The position numbers were made by a program, and so were the translations under genes. Below the pieces are notes generated by a model. It worked only from the letters and a program-made list of their open reading frames with translations. It searched no databases and was not told the DNA's origin. DNA of 14,262 bases from positions 1-14,262 of the IMG/VR virus record IMGVR_UViG_2695420747_000011; one strand, 5' to 3'. Below are positions 1-6,101 of this stretch, one piece after another (the stretch's first letter is position 1; each line of letters opens with the position of its first letter). The stretch is from a virus (Duplodnaviria > Heunggongvirae > Uroviricota > Caudoviricetes).

Positions 1-198
1 ATCCGGTGGCTCTGCAATCACCTTTATCGCCAGCCTTCCGGACAGGCTTAATTTCAGCCGCTGCTGGCGAACAATAAGCGCCACAGCCCGGCGATAACGC
101 TTTCCCTCCTCCGAGATAAAATATGTGCTGCCACGGCGTCGCCAGTAAGTGTTCACCGTCGGCGGGTAAGGTAAAACAAATTCTATGCGCTCGGTCAT
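1..198 (-). CDS. rusA: RusA-like Holliday junction resolvase, N-terminal 66 codons only (gene runs off the window start)
   Basis: Hand translation of the minus strand from ATG 198-196 gives MTERIEFVLPYPPTVNTYWRRRGSTYFISEEGKRYRRAVALIVRQQRLKLSLSGRLAIKVIAEPPD, open to position 1. The LPxPPxxNxYxR motif matches my recollection of the RusA N-terminus (LPWPPSNNRYYR). The ATG directly follows the TAA stop (201-199) of the upstream minus-strand gene. Not in the ORF track because it is partial. Confidence 0.6.
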   Translation of the reverse strand, partial: MTERIEFVLPYPPTVNTYWRRRGSTYFISEEGKRYRRAVALIVRQQRLKLSLSGRLAIKVIAEPPD

Positions 199-1257
199 TT
201 ATGCTTTCCACTTCAGAACACCCGAATTTCTCGCGTGCATTAAAAAACGAATCAGCAACAACAGCTGACTGCCGTGTTTCTCTTCAAAATCTTTTACTCC
301 GGCATGTAGTTCGTTACGGCATTTACGGCATAACGGAATAACAAACAAATCATCAGCCTTTGTTCCCATCCCTCCCAGTCCATGACCAATGATGTGATGC
401 GGATCATCTGCCTGATTGCCACACGTCATGCATTTCTGCGTTTTTACCCAGCGCGTGTATACAGGCATCTCTTCCCGTTGTGATTTCTGGCGCTGGAGAT
501 ACTGAGCCGGTGACTCCGGATCAACGGCAATGCTGACCACCGTCTTTTCCTGTGGTGGGTTCTGTTGCTGGTGGACGTGAGGCAGTAACGCAATATTTTT
601 TGTGCGCTGCTTCAGTATGCTGGTGGCGGTCTGCTCTCCCGGTATGATGTCGCTTTCACTGTACACAGAGCGAATTTTTTCCGCACGCAACCCCAGCGAA
701 CGACGTAATACCGCTTCCGGTAGCGCGTCCGCCACCTGATTGCGGACCGCCCACCAGGATAATTCAGCCAGAGATAATTCACGCTCCTGCGTACCGCTTA
801 TTGCGTGACCGATGACGTCAATCATCCATGCTGACAGGTTTTGATGAGCAAGTTGCCCGAGTGATTCGGATGTCTGGTCACGCAGCTGGTTGTCGCAGTG
901 CCAGCACAACACCATTGCGCCGGTACCATAACGGTGAATGACGGTTTCGCTGTGATGATAATCGCCGTGTGGCCACTGGCAGGATTTAATATGGCGCAAC
1001 AGCCAGTCAGACAATGCACCAGCACCACCAGCAGCACGAATCACCCGTGCGTTACTGAAAAACGGCAGCAATGTTTTGTCTTCCACCAGCGGCTGGCGAG
1101 CGGCAGGAACGACCCCGGACGGCAGATTACGCATGCTTTTTGGTTCCGGCTCCACCAGTATTCTGCCGTTATGGAATGCTGACATTGATTCACGGCCTGG
1201 CTTAACGATAACCAGACCGAGTTCCGGTACCAGAACAGATCGAAGTAATACCCGCAC
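199..1257 (-). CDS. DUF968/YdfU-like protein with C-terminal Cys/His (HNH-like) zinc-finger motif
   Basis: 352-codon ORF; the first codon is GTG at 1257-1255, preceded by GGAGG (1266-1262). The C-terminus has CMTCGN...DPHHIIGHG...CRKCRNELH, an HNH/His-Me-finger-like arrangement. Position before rusA in a nin-like region. Family name is from memory, not a search. Confidence 0.55.
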   Translation of the reverse strand: MRVLLRSVLVPELGLVIVKPGRESMSAFHNGRILVEPEPKSMRNLPSGVVPAARQPLVEDKTLLPFFSNARVIRAAGGAGALSDWLLRHIKSCQWPHGDYHHSETVIHRYGTGAMVLCWHCDNQLRDQTSESLGQLAHQNLSAWMIDVIGHAISGTQERELSLAELSWWAVRNQVADALPEAVLRRSLGLRAEKIRSVYSESDIIPGEQTATSILKQRTKNIALLPHVHQQQNPPQEKTVVSIAVDPESPAQYLQRQKSQREEMPVYTRWVKTQKCMTCGNQADDPHHIIGHGLGGMGTKADDLFVIPLCRKCRNELHAGVKDFEEKHGSQLLLLIRFLMHARNSGVLKWKA

Positions 1258-1258
1258 A

Positions 1259-1537
1259 TTACCTCCAGATCCGTTGCTGGAATGTGCGGGACGGACGCGC
1301 TGGCCGTTCTGAGTAAGGGAGCCTGACGGAGATTATCCAGTGACGGTAGTCGAGGCTAAGGGCTTTTTTAACCTCGCATCCGCGCCCGCGGTAACACTGA
1401 ATGAGCCATTCAGCCTGTTCTTCGGTGCAGGGGTCGTGCTGATACCAGTCAGATTTGAATGCATGAGAACGCCGCCCGTGCCTGCTGGCAGGGGCGGCAG
1501 AGTTATCCGAATTGTAAAATTTGGTATCGTGCGCCAT
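1259..1537 (-). CDS. hypothetical protein, about 91 aa (occupies the position of rem in Qin-type prophages)
   Basis: The track ORF 1259..1666 would run through an intrinsic terminator at 1607-1636, so the internal ATG at 1537-1535 (MAHDTKFYNSD...) is the more plausible start. Stop TAA at 1261-1259 abuts the GGAGG/GTG start of the next gene. No recognisable motif. Confidence 0.4.
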   Translation of the reverse strand: MAHDTKFYNSDNSAAPASRHGRRSHAFKSDWYQHDPCTEEQAEWLIQCYRGRGCEVKKALSLDYRHWIISVRLPYSERPARPSRTFQQRIWR

Positions 1538-1606
1538 CTGTTTTCTCTGCTGGCGCAGCAGGTGCCAGTTGTTCAGGCTGACGGATGGATTGTAAACCAG
1601 AACGAC

Positions 1607-1636
1607 CAGAAAAAACAAAACCCGCCGAAGCGGGTT
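1607..1636 (-). terminator. Rho-independent terminator downstream of hok
   Basis: On the minus strand: AACCCGC-TTCG-GCGGGTT followed by TTTGTTTTTT (plus-strand stem arms 1619-1625 and 1630-1636; A-run 1609-1620). Confidence 0.6.
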
Positions 1637-1704
1637 AAGTGCGGGTGCGTTGAGGATGCCTGACACATCAGCGGTGGCGAGGGATTTCTCCCCCGCCGGG
1701 TCTC

Positions 1705-1860
1705 TTACTCCTCAGGTTCGTAAGCTGTGAAGACAGCGACCTCCGTCTGGCCGGTTCGGATTCGTACCTCGCAGAGGTCTTTCCTCGTTACCAGTGCCGT
1801 CACCATGACGGTTAAACAGATGACGATCAGGGCGATTAGCATCGCCTTTTGCTGCTTCAT
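1705..1860 (-). CDS. hok: Hok/Gef-family type I toxin (51 aa, membrane-active)
   Basis: MKQQKAMLIALIVICLTVMVTALVTRKDLCEVRIRTGQTEVAVFTAYEPEE has the typical Hok/Gef/RelF N-terminal TM helix plus the conserved C...C periplasmic tail. It is near-identical to what I recall for HokD/RelF. SD AAGGAG lies about 9 nt upstream of ATG 1860. Confidence 0.85.
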   Translation of the reverse strand: MKQQKAMLIALIVICLTVMVTALVTRKDLCEVRIRTGQTEVAVFTAYEPEE

Positions 1861-1917
1861 AGCCTGCTTCTCCTTGCCTTTCGGCACGTAAGAGGCTAAC
1901 CTACGTGTGTAGAGCAT
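1705..1917 (-). CDS. mok: mok-like overlapping reading frame (in-frame N-terminal extension of hok, 70 codons)
   Basis: The track ORF MLYTRRLASYVPKGKEKQA-MKQQKAM... starts 57 nt upstream of the hok ATG in the same frame, as in mokC/hokC. By analogy it would couple hok translation. Confidence 0.55.
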   Translation of the reverse strand: MLYTRRLASYVPKGKEKQAMKQQKAMLIALIVICLTVMVTALVTRKDLCEVRIRTGQTEVAVFTAYEPEE

Positions 1918-2151
1918 AGATATGGCCTCAGATTAATGTTAAGCGTCTTGCCGGACGCGTAATGTTAACTGGGGCTTTTCTCTATCTGCCTTTTGGTGTT
2001 CATGCCTGAGACAGATAGCCTCAAGCACCCGCTGCAATTCTACTTAACTCTCCTTTTCCCGCAAACCGTTTTTATCCCCAGCGGCAAATCGAATACACCA
2101 CCAGCGCCACCGCCATCGCAATTCCTACCGTTGTTAATGCTTCAGGCCAGC

Positions 2152-3054
2152 TCATTGATTCACCTCCTGCGGCGGTTCTGGTAGCGGCATCCAGTGTGAC
2201 GGTTTCCACGACGCACCAGGAATTATCCACCCATCATTAGCGTCAGGATGCCCGGGGATGTAAGTAGCCCATTTCATTCGCCAGTCACCTTTCCTGTCAA
2301 ACTCCACGGCAACAAGAACGGCTGTTTTGGTATTCGGCATTCGCTCACTACAGCTTATCCAACCATCCGGAGTTGCCGGAGAGTTGCCCGATAGTGCATT
2401 CTGCTCCAGTGATGCTTTTACAAACCACGCTGCCTGAACTATAACGCCATGAATCCAGCGCAAATCAGCATCGCGATCTTTCTTTTTCATCTTTTCGCCA
2501 CTTAAGGCCTTGCTTATGTGGCTGCGTACCAGGTCTTCATGTAATTCCTTCGCCTCCTCAATGGTGAAACCACCAGGCAGAAGAGCCGGAGTTACCGGAG
2601 AGCTGGTTGACGCTTCCGGGATTTCCCGAAAATTATTGGTTGACGAATTCTTGCTTTCCCGAAAGTTTCCGGACTGAAGCATGGCGGTGCGGCAGGCGTT
2701 CCATATTTCGGCAGCAATATCGCGCTCGCTATCGGTTAATTTGTACGTGGAAACATAGCCAGAGAGCATTTCTACGTTTTCCGGAGTTGCTTCTTCCGGC
2801 ACTACCGGCGCTGGCGGGGCGATGCGTCCAAGCAACTTATTTACCTCTTTCGCCATCGCGTCATATTTATCTAAATGGCGATTAGCTTCTAAGCAGACTC
2901 GGCGCATCTGATCTGAGTTAACTCGTTTAACTGGATCTGCTTCCAGCGATGCCAGCGCAATCCGTGCCAGTTCCATTTGTTCACCACGGGTAAGCCCGTT
3001 TTCAAGCGGGTTTTTAATGAACAATTCAATACGTTCTTTGGTAATAGTGGTCAT
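2152..3054 (-). CDS. phage protein with C-terminal DUF551-like domain
   Basis: 300 codons. SD AAGGAG lies 6 nt upstream of ATG 3054. The C-terminus (...DGWISCSERMPNTKTAVLVAV...W...WMPLPEPP) matches my recollection of the DUF551 signature common in enterobacterial prophages. Confidence 0.55.
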   Translation of the reverse strand: MTTITKERIELFIKNPLENGLTRGEQMELARIALASLEADPVKRVNSDQMRRVCLEANRHLDKYDAMAKEVNKLLGRIAPPAPVVPEEATPENVEMLSGYVSTYKLTDSERDIAAEIWNACRTAMLQSGNFRESKNSSTNNFREIPEASTSSPVTPALLPGGFTIEEAKELHEDLVRSHISKALSGEKMKKKDRDADLRWIHGVIVQAAWFVKASLEQNALSGNSPATPDGWISCSERMPNTKTAVLVAVEFDRKGDWRMKWATYIPGHPDANDGWIIPGASWKPSHWMPLPEPPQEVNQ

Positions 3055-3064
3055 GTGTTACTCC

Positions 3065-3328
3065 TTAACCCGCAGTGCTTTCAACTGATGAGGGGAACAA
3101 AATCTTTTCATCAAACCCTGCATTCATATCATGGACAGCAACACACCAATCCATTGACGAACGATTATCAAGAGCCTCCATGATTTCATCCATGCGGCGT
3201 AGGTCATACAGGTAAATGCTTTTATCGCCAATGGTGTAAAAACCAATTTTTTTCGGTGATGGACAGCGATCAAGAACGTCCTGTAATTCGTTCAACCATG
3301 CCTGTTCTTTTTTTGTCAAAGTTGCCAT
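3065..3328 (-). CDS. hypothetical protein (87 aa)
   Basis: Start chosen at the internal ATG 3328-3326 (MATLTKKEQAW...), which has AAGGAAAA upstream and sits 1 nt after the stop of the preceding gene. The longer track ORF (to 3418) overlaps that gene. Confidence 0.5.
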   Translation of the reverse strand: MATLTKKEQAWLNELQDVLDRCPSPKKIGFYTIGDKSIYLYDLRRMDEIMEALDNRSSMDWCVAVHDMNAGFDEKILFPSSVESTAG

Positions 3329-3329
3329 A

Positions 3330-3548
3330 TCAGTTTTCCTTATACGGATTAATTTTATTGTGCAGTGTGTTGAACGGAGCCCATACCACGTCGTTATACA
3401 ATTCAATAACTGGCTCAATTATTTTTCCGATTCCCCATACCAGAATTAACGGGGATATCGGTATCATCAACACGATAAACAGAATGAGAAACAAAAATTC
3501 TGTCGCTCTACTTTTTCGCGGATATTCTTTTCTGAATAATGTAGGCAC
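3330..3548 (-). CDS. small single-pass membrane protein (72 aa)
   Basis: GTG start at 3548 with AAGGAG about 7 nt upstream. Contains a 24-residue hydrophobic stretch, FLFLILFIVLMIPISPLILVWGIG. The segment looks AT-rich by eye. Confidence 0.45.
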   Translation of the reverse strand: MPTLFRKEYPRKSRATEFLFLILFIVLMIPISPLILVWGIGKIIEPVIELYNDVVWAPFNTLHNKINPYKEN

Positions 3549-3549
3549 A

Positions 3550-3765
3550 TCACTCTCCTTTGTTGCTCCTCAAAATTTTATGCCTTGGCGCAAAAGCACG
3601 CGTTTTGTCGGCACTTATTCGCCACCCATCTTTACGTGCCTCTTTTGCACAGCCAGCCCATGACGTACCGATATACTCACCAAAATCTGGCGACTGATAT
3701 TTGCCATCCGTACACTGGCGGCAATCACAATAGAGATGCATGGTATAACTTGCGGCAATACCCAT
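3550..3765 (-). CDS. hypothetical Cys-rich small protein (71 aa)
   Basis: ATG 3765 immediately follows the upstream stop (3768-3766) and is preceded by AAGGAGG. Contains CDCRQC. Confidence 0.45.
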   Translation of the reverse strand: MGIAASYTMHLYCDCRQCTDGKYQSPDFGEYIGTSWAGCAKEARKDGWRISADKTRAFAPRHKILRSNKGE

Positions 3766-4125
3766 TCAGCCTCCTTTGATGCCCGTGTTTACAACCAGGC
3801 AGGCCTCCTTGAGTACCCAGTCAATAGCGTCTTTCCATGCTCCGGTTTCAACTGGCGGATCCTCACGCCGTACCTGTTCATAAAAGCGCACAGCTTTAAC
3901 CAGTCCTTCTGATGTCACCGAAGCTGGCGGGGCCGTGAATAACGCCTGAATTTCATAGTTTGGTCTGTCGTTACAATCCTCTTTTGTCGGGACATATTTC
4001 CAGTCACCAACCCACTGCTTCCCCTGAAAGTCTGTAACGCCTTTTTTCACGTAGCGATATCGCCATGCCACTGGTTTTGCCTGCCCTACCTTTTCATGCC
4101 CTTCCTGATAATTAATCTCGCTCAT
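3766..4125 (-). CDS. hypothetical protein (119 aa)
   Basis: ATG 4125-4123 overlaps the stop of the upstream small ORF as ATGA. Protein-like composition; no recognised motif. Confidence 0.5.
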   Translation of the reverse strand: MSEINYQEGHEKVGQAKPVAWRYRYVKKGVTDFQGKQWVGDWKYVPTKEDCNDRPNYEIQALFTAPPASVTSEGLVKAVRFYEQVRREDPPVETGAWKDAIDWVLKEACLVVNTGIKGG

Positions 4126-4298
4126 TCATCGCCCCACTCATCACAATATGCTTCGACCGGTGTTTTCCCTGCTTCATAATCATCACGCCATGCTTCAGCA
4201 TCAGCGGCACTTCCACCGCGTAACTCTGCATAATCCATTAACAGTTCATGCCATTCTTCAAAACTGGCGTTATATTTAGTTGAACCAAAATCAGCCAT
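4122..4298 (-). CDS. hypothetical acidic small protein (58 aa); not in the ORF track (under 60 aa)
   Basis: Hand translation: MADFGSTKYNASFEEWHELLMDYAELRGGSAADAEAWRDDYEAGKTPVEAYCDEWGDE. Start ATG 4298 overlaps the upstream stop (ATGGCTGA); its stop overlaps the next ATG (ATGA). Confidence 0.4.
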   Translation of the reverse strand: MADFGSTKYNASFEEWHELLMDYAELRGGSAADAEAWRDDYEAGKTPVEAYCDEWGDE

Positions 4299-4473
4299 TT
4301 TGTTCTTCCTCTTCGTCTTTTATTTCGTGGTATGAGTAATTGCAGTAGTTAAAGAAAATATCTTTAGCTTCATCCTGTATTTCATCTGGTGTTGCATCAT
4401 CATCCACTTCGAATTCATCCTCGAAATCTCCACCGGCTATTCCCGTTTCAATAATTATTTTGAATTTTCGCAT
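4291..4473 (-). CDS. hypothetical very acidic small protein (60 aa)
   Basis: ATG 4473. About one third of residues are D/E (FEDEFEVDDDATPDEIQDEAKD...KDEEEEQ). Confidence 0.45.
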   Translation of the reverse strand: MRKFKIIIETGIAGGDFEDEFEVDDDATPDEIQDEAKDIFFNYCNYSYHEIKDEEEEQNG

Positions 4474-4601
4474 TTCACTACCGCCCTTTCGGACGGCCTC
4501 CTGATGTTCTGAGGGTGCAGGAATCCCTCCGGTTAAGGATTTAATAAAAATCGTTTCTGATTTAAATCTTCAGTATTTAGTTGTTAGTCGGTTTATAGCC
4601 T

Positions 4602-4913
4602 TTATGCTTCGGCCTTATTTCTCAGCCATACACAAACCGGGCCATCTTCGGTGTCATGTATTGAACCAATAAACCATCCATTGCCCTCTGGTCGTTCCGG
4701 TTCCCATGCAGAAATATCAGCATCACACGCATCAAGGTCAGCACATCCTTCATCTCTGAAGCAGAGGACGTATTGAAGATTATTTTCCTCCATCCAGGCG
4801 TTAAACTCTTCCGTTGAAATATATTCCCGACCGTCACAGAATTTTTCATATTCAGGATGCGTCCAGTAGCCATATTCATCACGTACTACTGGTATTTCTT
4901 TAATTTCATTCAT
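4602..4913 (-). CDS. hypothetical acidic protein (103 aa)
   Basis: ATG 4913 overlaps the upstream stop by 8 nt (ATGAATGA). D/E- and W-rich; no recognised motif. Confidence 0.5.
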   Translation of the reverse strand: MNEIKEIPVVRDEYGYWTHPEYEKFCDGREYISTEEFNAWMEENNLQYVLCFRDEGCADLDACDADISAWEPERPEGNGWFIGSIHDTEDGPVCVWLRNKAEA

Positions 4914-5160
4914 TTCTGTTCTCCCACGTTTTCAGACTTTCACCACAGAACGGACAAAATGAAACCCGAACTGGTAATTTAGAAAATTCACCGGAACGCA
5001 ACATCACAAAATCAGGACCGCGAGTTAAACTCTCATTCCAGATTTTGTATATCAGCAGACCTTTTCGCATCGTGTATTCAGCATCATGCTCAAGGGATTT
5101 TGCCAGGGTCGTACACGGTTCTATCTTGTTGCCATAAACCTGGCATTTTGATTTACCCAC
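4906..5160 (-). CDS. hypothetical protein (84 aa) with two Cys pairs
   Basis: GTG start at 5160 with GAAGGAGG upstream; overlaps the methyltransferase stop by 8 nt. Has C6/C16 and a CPFC pair. Confidence 0.45.
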   Translation of the reverse strand: MGKSKCQVYGNKIEPCTTLAKSLEHDAEYTMRKGLLIYKIWNESLTRGPDFVMLRSGEFSKLPVRVSFCPFCGESLKTWENRNE

Positions 5161-5641
5161 TGGTCGCCTCCTTCACAAAAATAATCCAATGTGTTTTATC
5201 GTTCTTACCGGTGCGCTGGCTGATGATTGGTTTCGCGTCGGTTAGTGCCAATATCTGGCGGACAGATATTTGCGTTTCATTCCATTTAAAAATCAGAACG
5301 CCATGTGGCCACAACACACGAAAAGCTTCTTTAAATCCCTGCCGCAAATCATCACGCCAGGTATCTTTATTCAACCGTCCATATTTCTTTCCCATCCAGG
5401 CTTTATCACCAACACACTCAAGATGCGGAGGGTCGAATACAACAACCGGAAACGATGCGTCTGCAAATGGTAATGCTCGAAAATCTGCTATCAGGTCAGG
5501 ACTGATAATCAGGCGTCGTCCATCACACAATGTGTGCTCTTCTTTTCTGATATCGCTAAATATCGCCCGGTCGTCATTCTTATCGAACCAGAACATACGG
5601 CTGCCACAGCACATATCAAGAATGGTTGCCGGTGCACTCAC
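5153..5641 (-). CDS. small SAM-dependent DNA methyltransferase (N6-adenine/N4-cytosine type, DPPH motif)
   Basis: ILDMCCGSR (glycine-rich SAM-binding motif I) is followed about 55 aa later by VVVFDPPH (catalytic motif IV, D-P-P-aromatic/H). Start set at GTG 5641-5639, which has AGGAGG 7 nt upstream and forms a GTGA overlap with the upstream stop. The track ORF extends to 5710 without an ATG. Confidence 0.6.
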   Translation of the reverse strand: MSAPATILDMCCGSRMFWFDKNDDRAIFSDIRKEEHTLCDGRRLIISPDLIADFRALPFADASFPVVVFDPPHLECVGDKAWMGKKYGRLNKDTWRDDLRQGFKEAFRVLWPHGVLIFKWNETQISVRQILALTDAKPIISQRTGKNDKTHWIIFVKEATSG

Positions 5642-5793
5642 TGCGCTACCTCCTGAAAATTCCCCTGATAAAACGCCAGTACGCGCTGCATAACTTCGCT
5701 CTTCCGGCACTCGCGACAGATTATGTTCTGACGCCTGTCGTAGCGACGTATTTCTCCGTCAGGTAATAGCCAGATAAGGTCCGGATCAACCAC
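5638..5793 (-). CDS. possible small ORF (about 51 aa), or the frameshifted C-terminal part of the upstream HTH gene
   Basis: C-terminal part of track ORF 5638..5961 (VVDPDLIWLLPDGEIRRYDRRQNIICRECRKSEVMQRVLAFYQGNFQEVAQ). Candidate GTG start at 5793 overlaps the upstream stop by 8 nt. Its 3' end carries the SD and GTGA overlap for the methyltransferase. Confidence 0.3.
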   Translation of the reverse strand: MVDPDLIWLLPDGEIRRYDRRQNIICRECRKSEVMQRVLAFYQGNFQEVAQ

Positions 5794-6061
5794 AGATGGT
5801 TTCTTCAGCTTTGCCCTTGAGAGTTTTTTTGCGGGCGTTTTGCCAGTCCTTGCGCGCCTGCTCAGACGGGAATACTCCGTAACCGGAATTGTAAACATCA
5901 CCACTGGCGGCCAGCTCCATGCATAAACGACCGACAGACGTATGACTGACACCAATTTCATCCGATAACTGCCGAATCGTGCCTCGTCCGTTAAGGCGTA
6001 CGAATTCCACGATCAGCCCTTTAATTTTTTCCCGCTCTTCTTGTGTAAAAACTTTTGCCAC
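5786..6061 (-). CDS. small HTH DNA-binding protein (91 aa)
   Basis: GTG start at 6061 with AGGAGG 4 nt upstream. Putative helix-turn-helix TIRQLSDEIGVSHTSVGRL. Lies immediately downstream of the O-like gene. Confidence 0.5.
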   Translation of the reverse strand: MAKVFTQEEREKIKGLIVEFVRLNGRGTIRQLSDEIGVSHTSVGRLCMELAASGDVYNSGYGVFPSEQARKDWQNARKKTLKGKAEETICG

Positions 6062-6101
6062 AAGTCCTCCTGAAAATTACCTCATGACCAGAAATTAACA
6101 C

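Noticed and set aside
123-1663. Plus-strand and alternative-frame ORFs overlapping rusA, the DUF968-like gene and the 91-aa gene (123..341, 822..1037, 898..1182, 1041..1259, 1076..1312, 1340..1663), and the long version of 1259..1666
   Set aside because: They are antisense or out of frame to better-supported minus-strand genes. The long 1259..1666 version would read through the hok terminator.
1993-3779. Plus-strand ORFs antisense to the hok leader, the DUF551 gene and the small-gene chain (1993..2184, 2607..2885, 2977..3183, 3256..3663, 3585..3779)
   Set aside because: Opposite to a tightly coupled minus-strand operon; no SDs; low-complexity translations.
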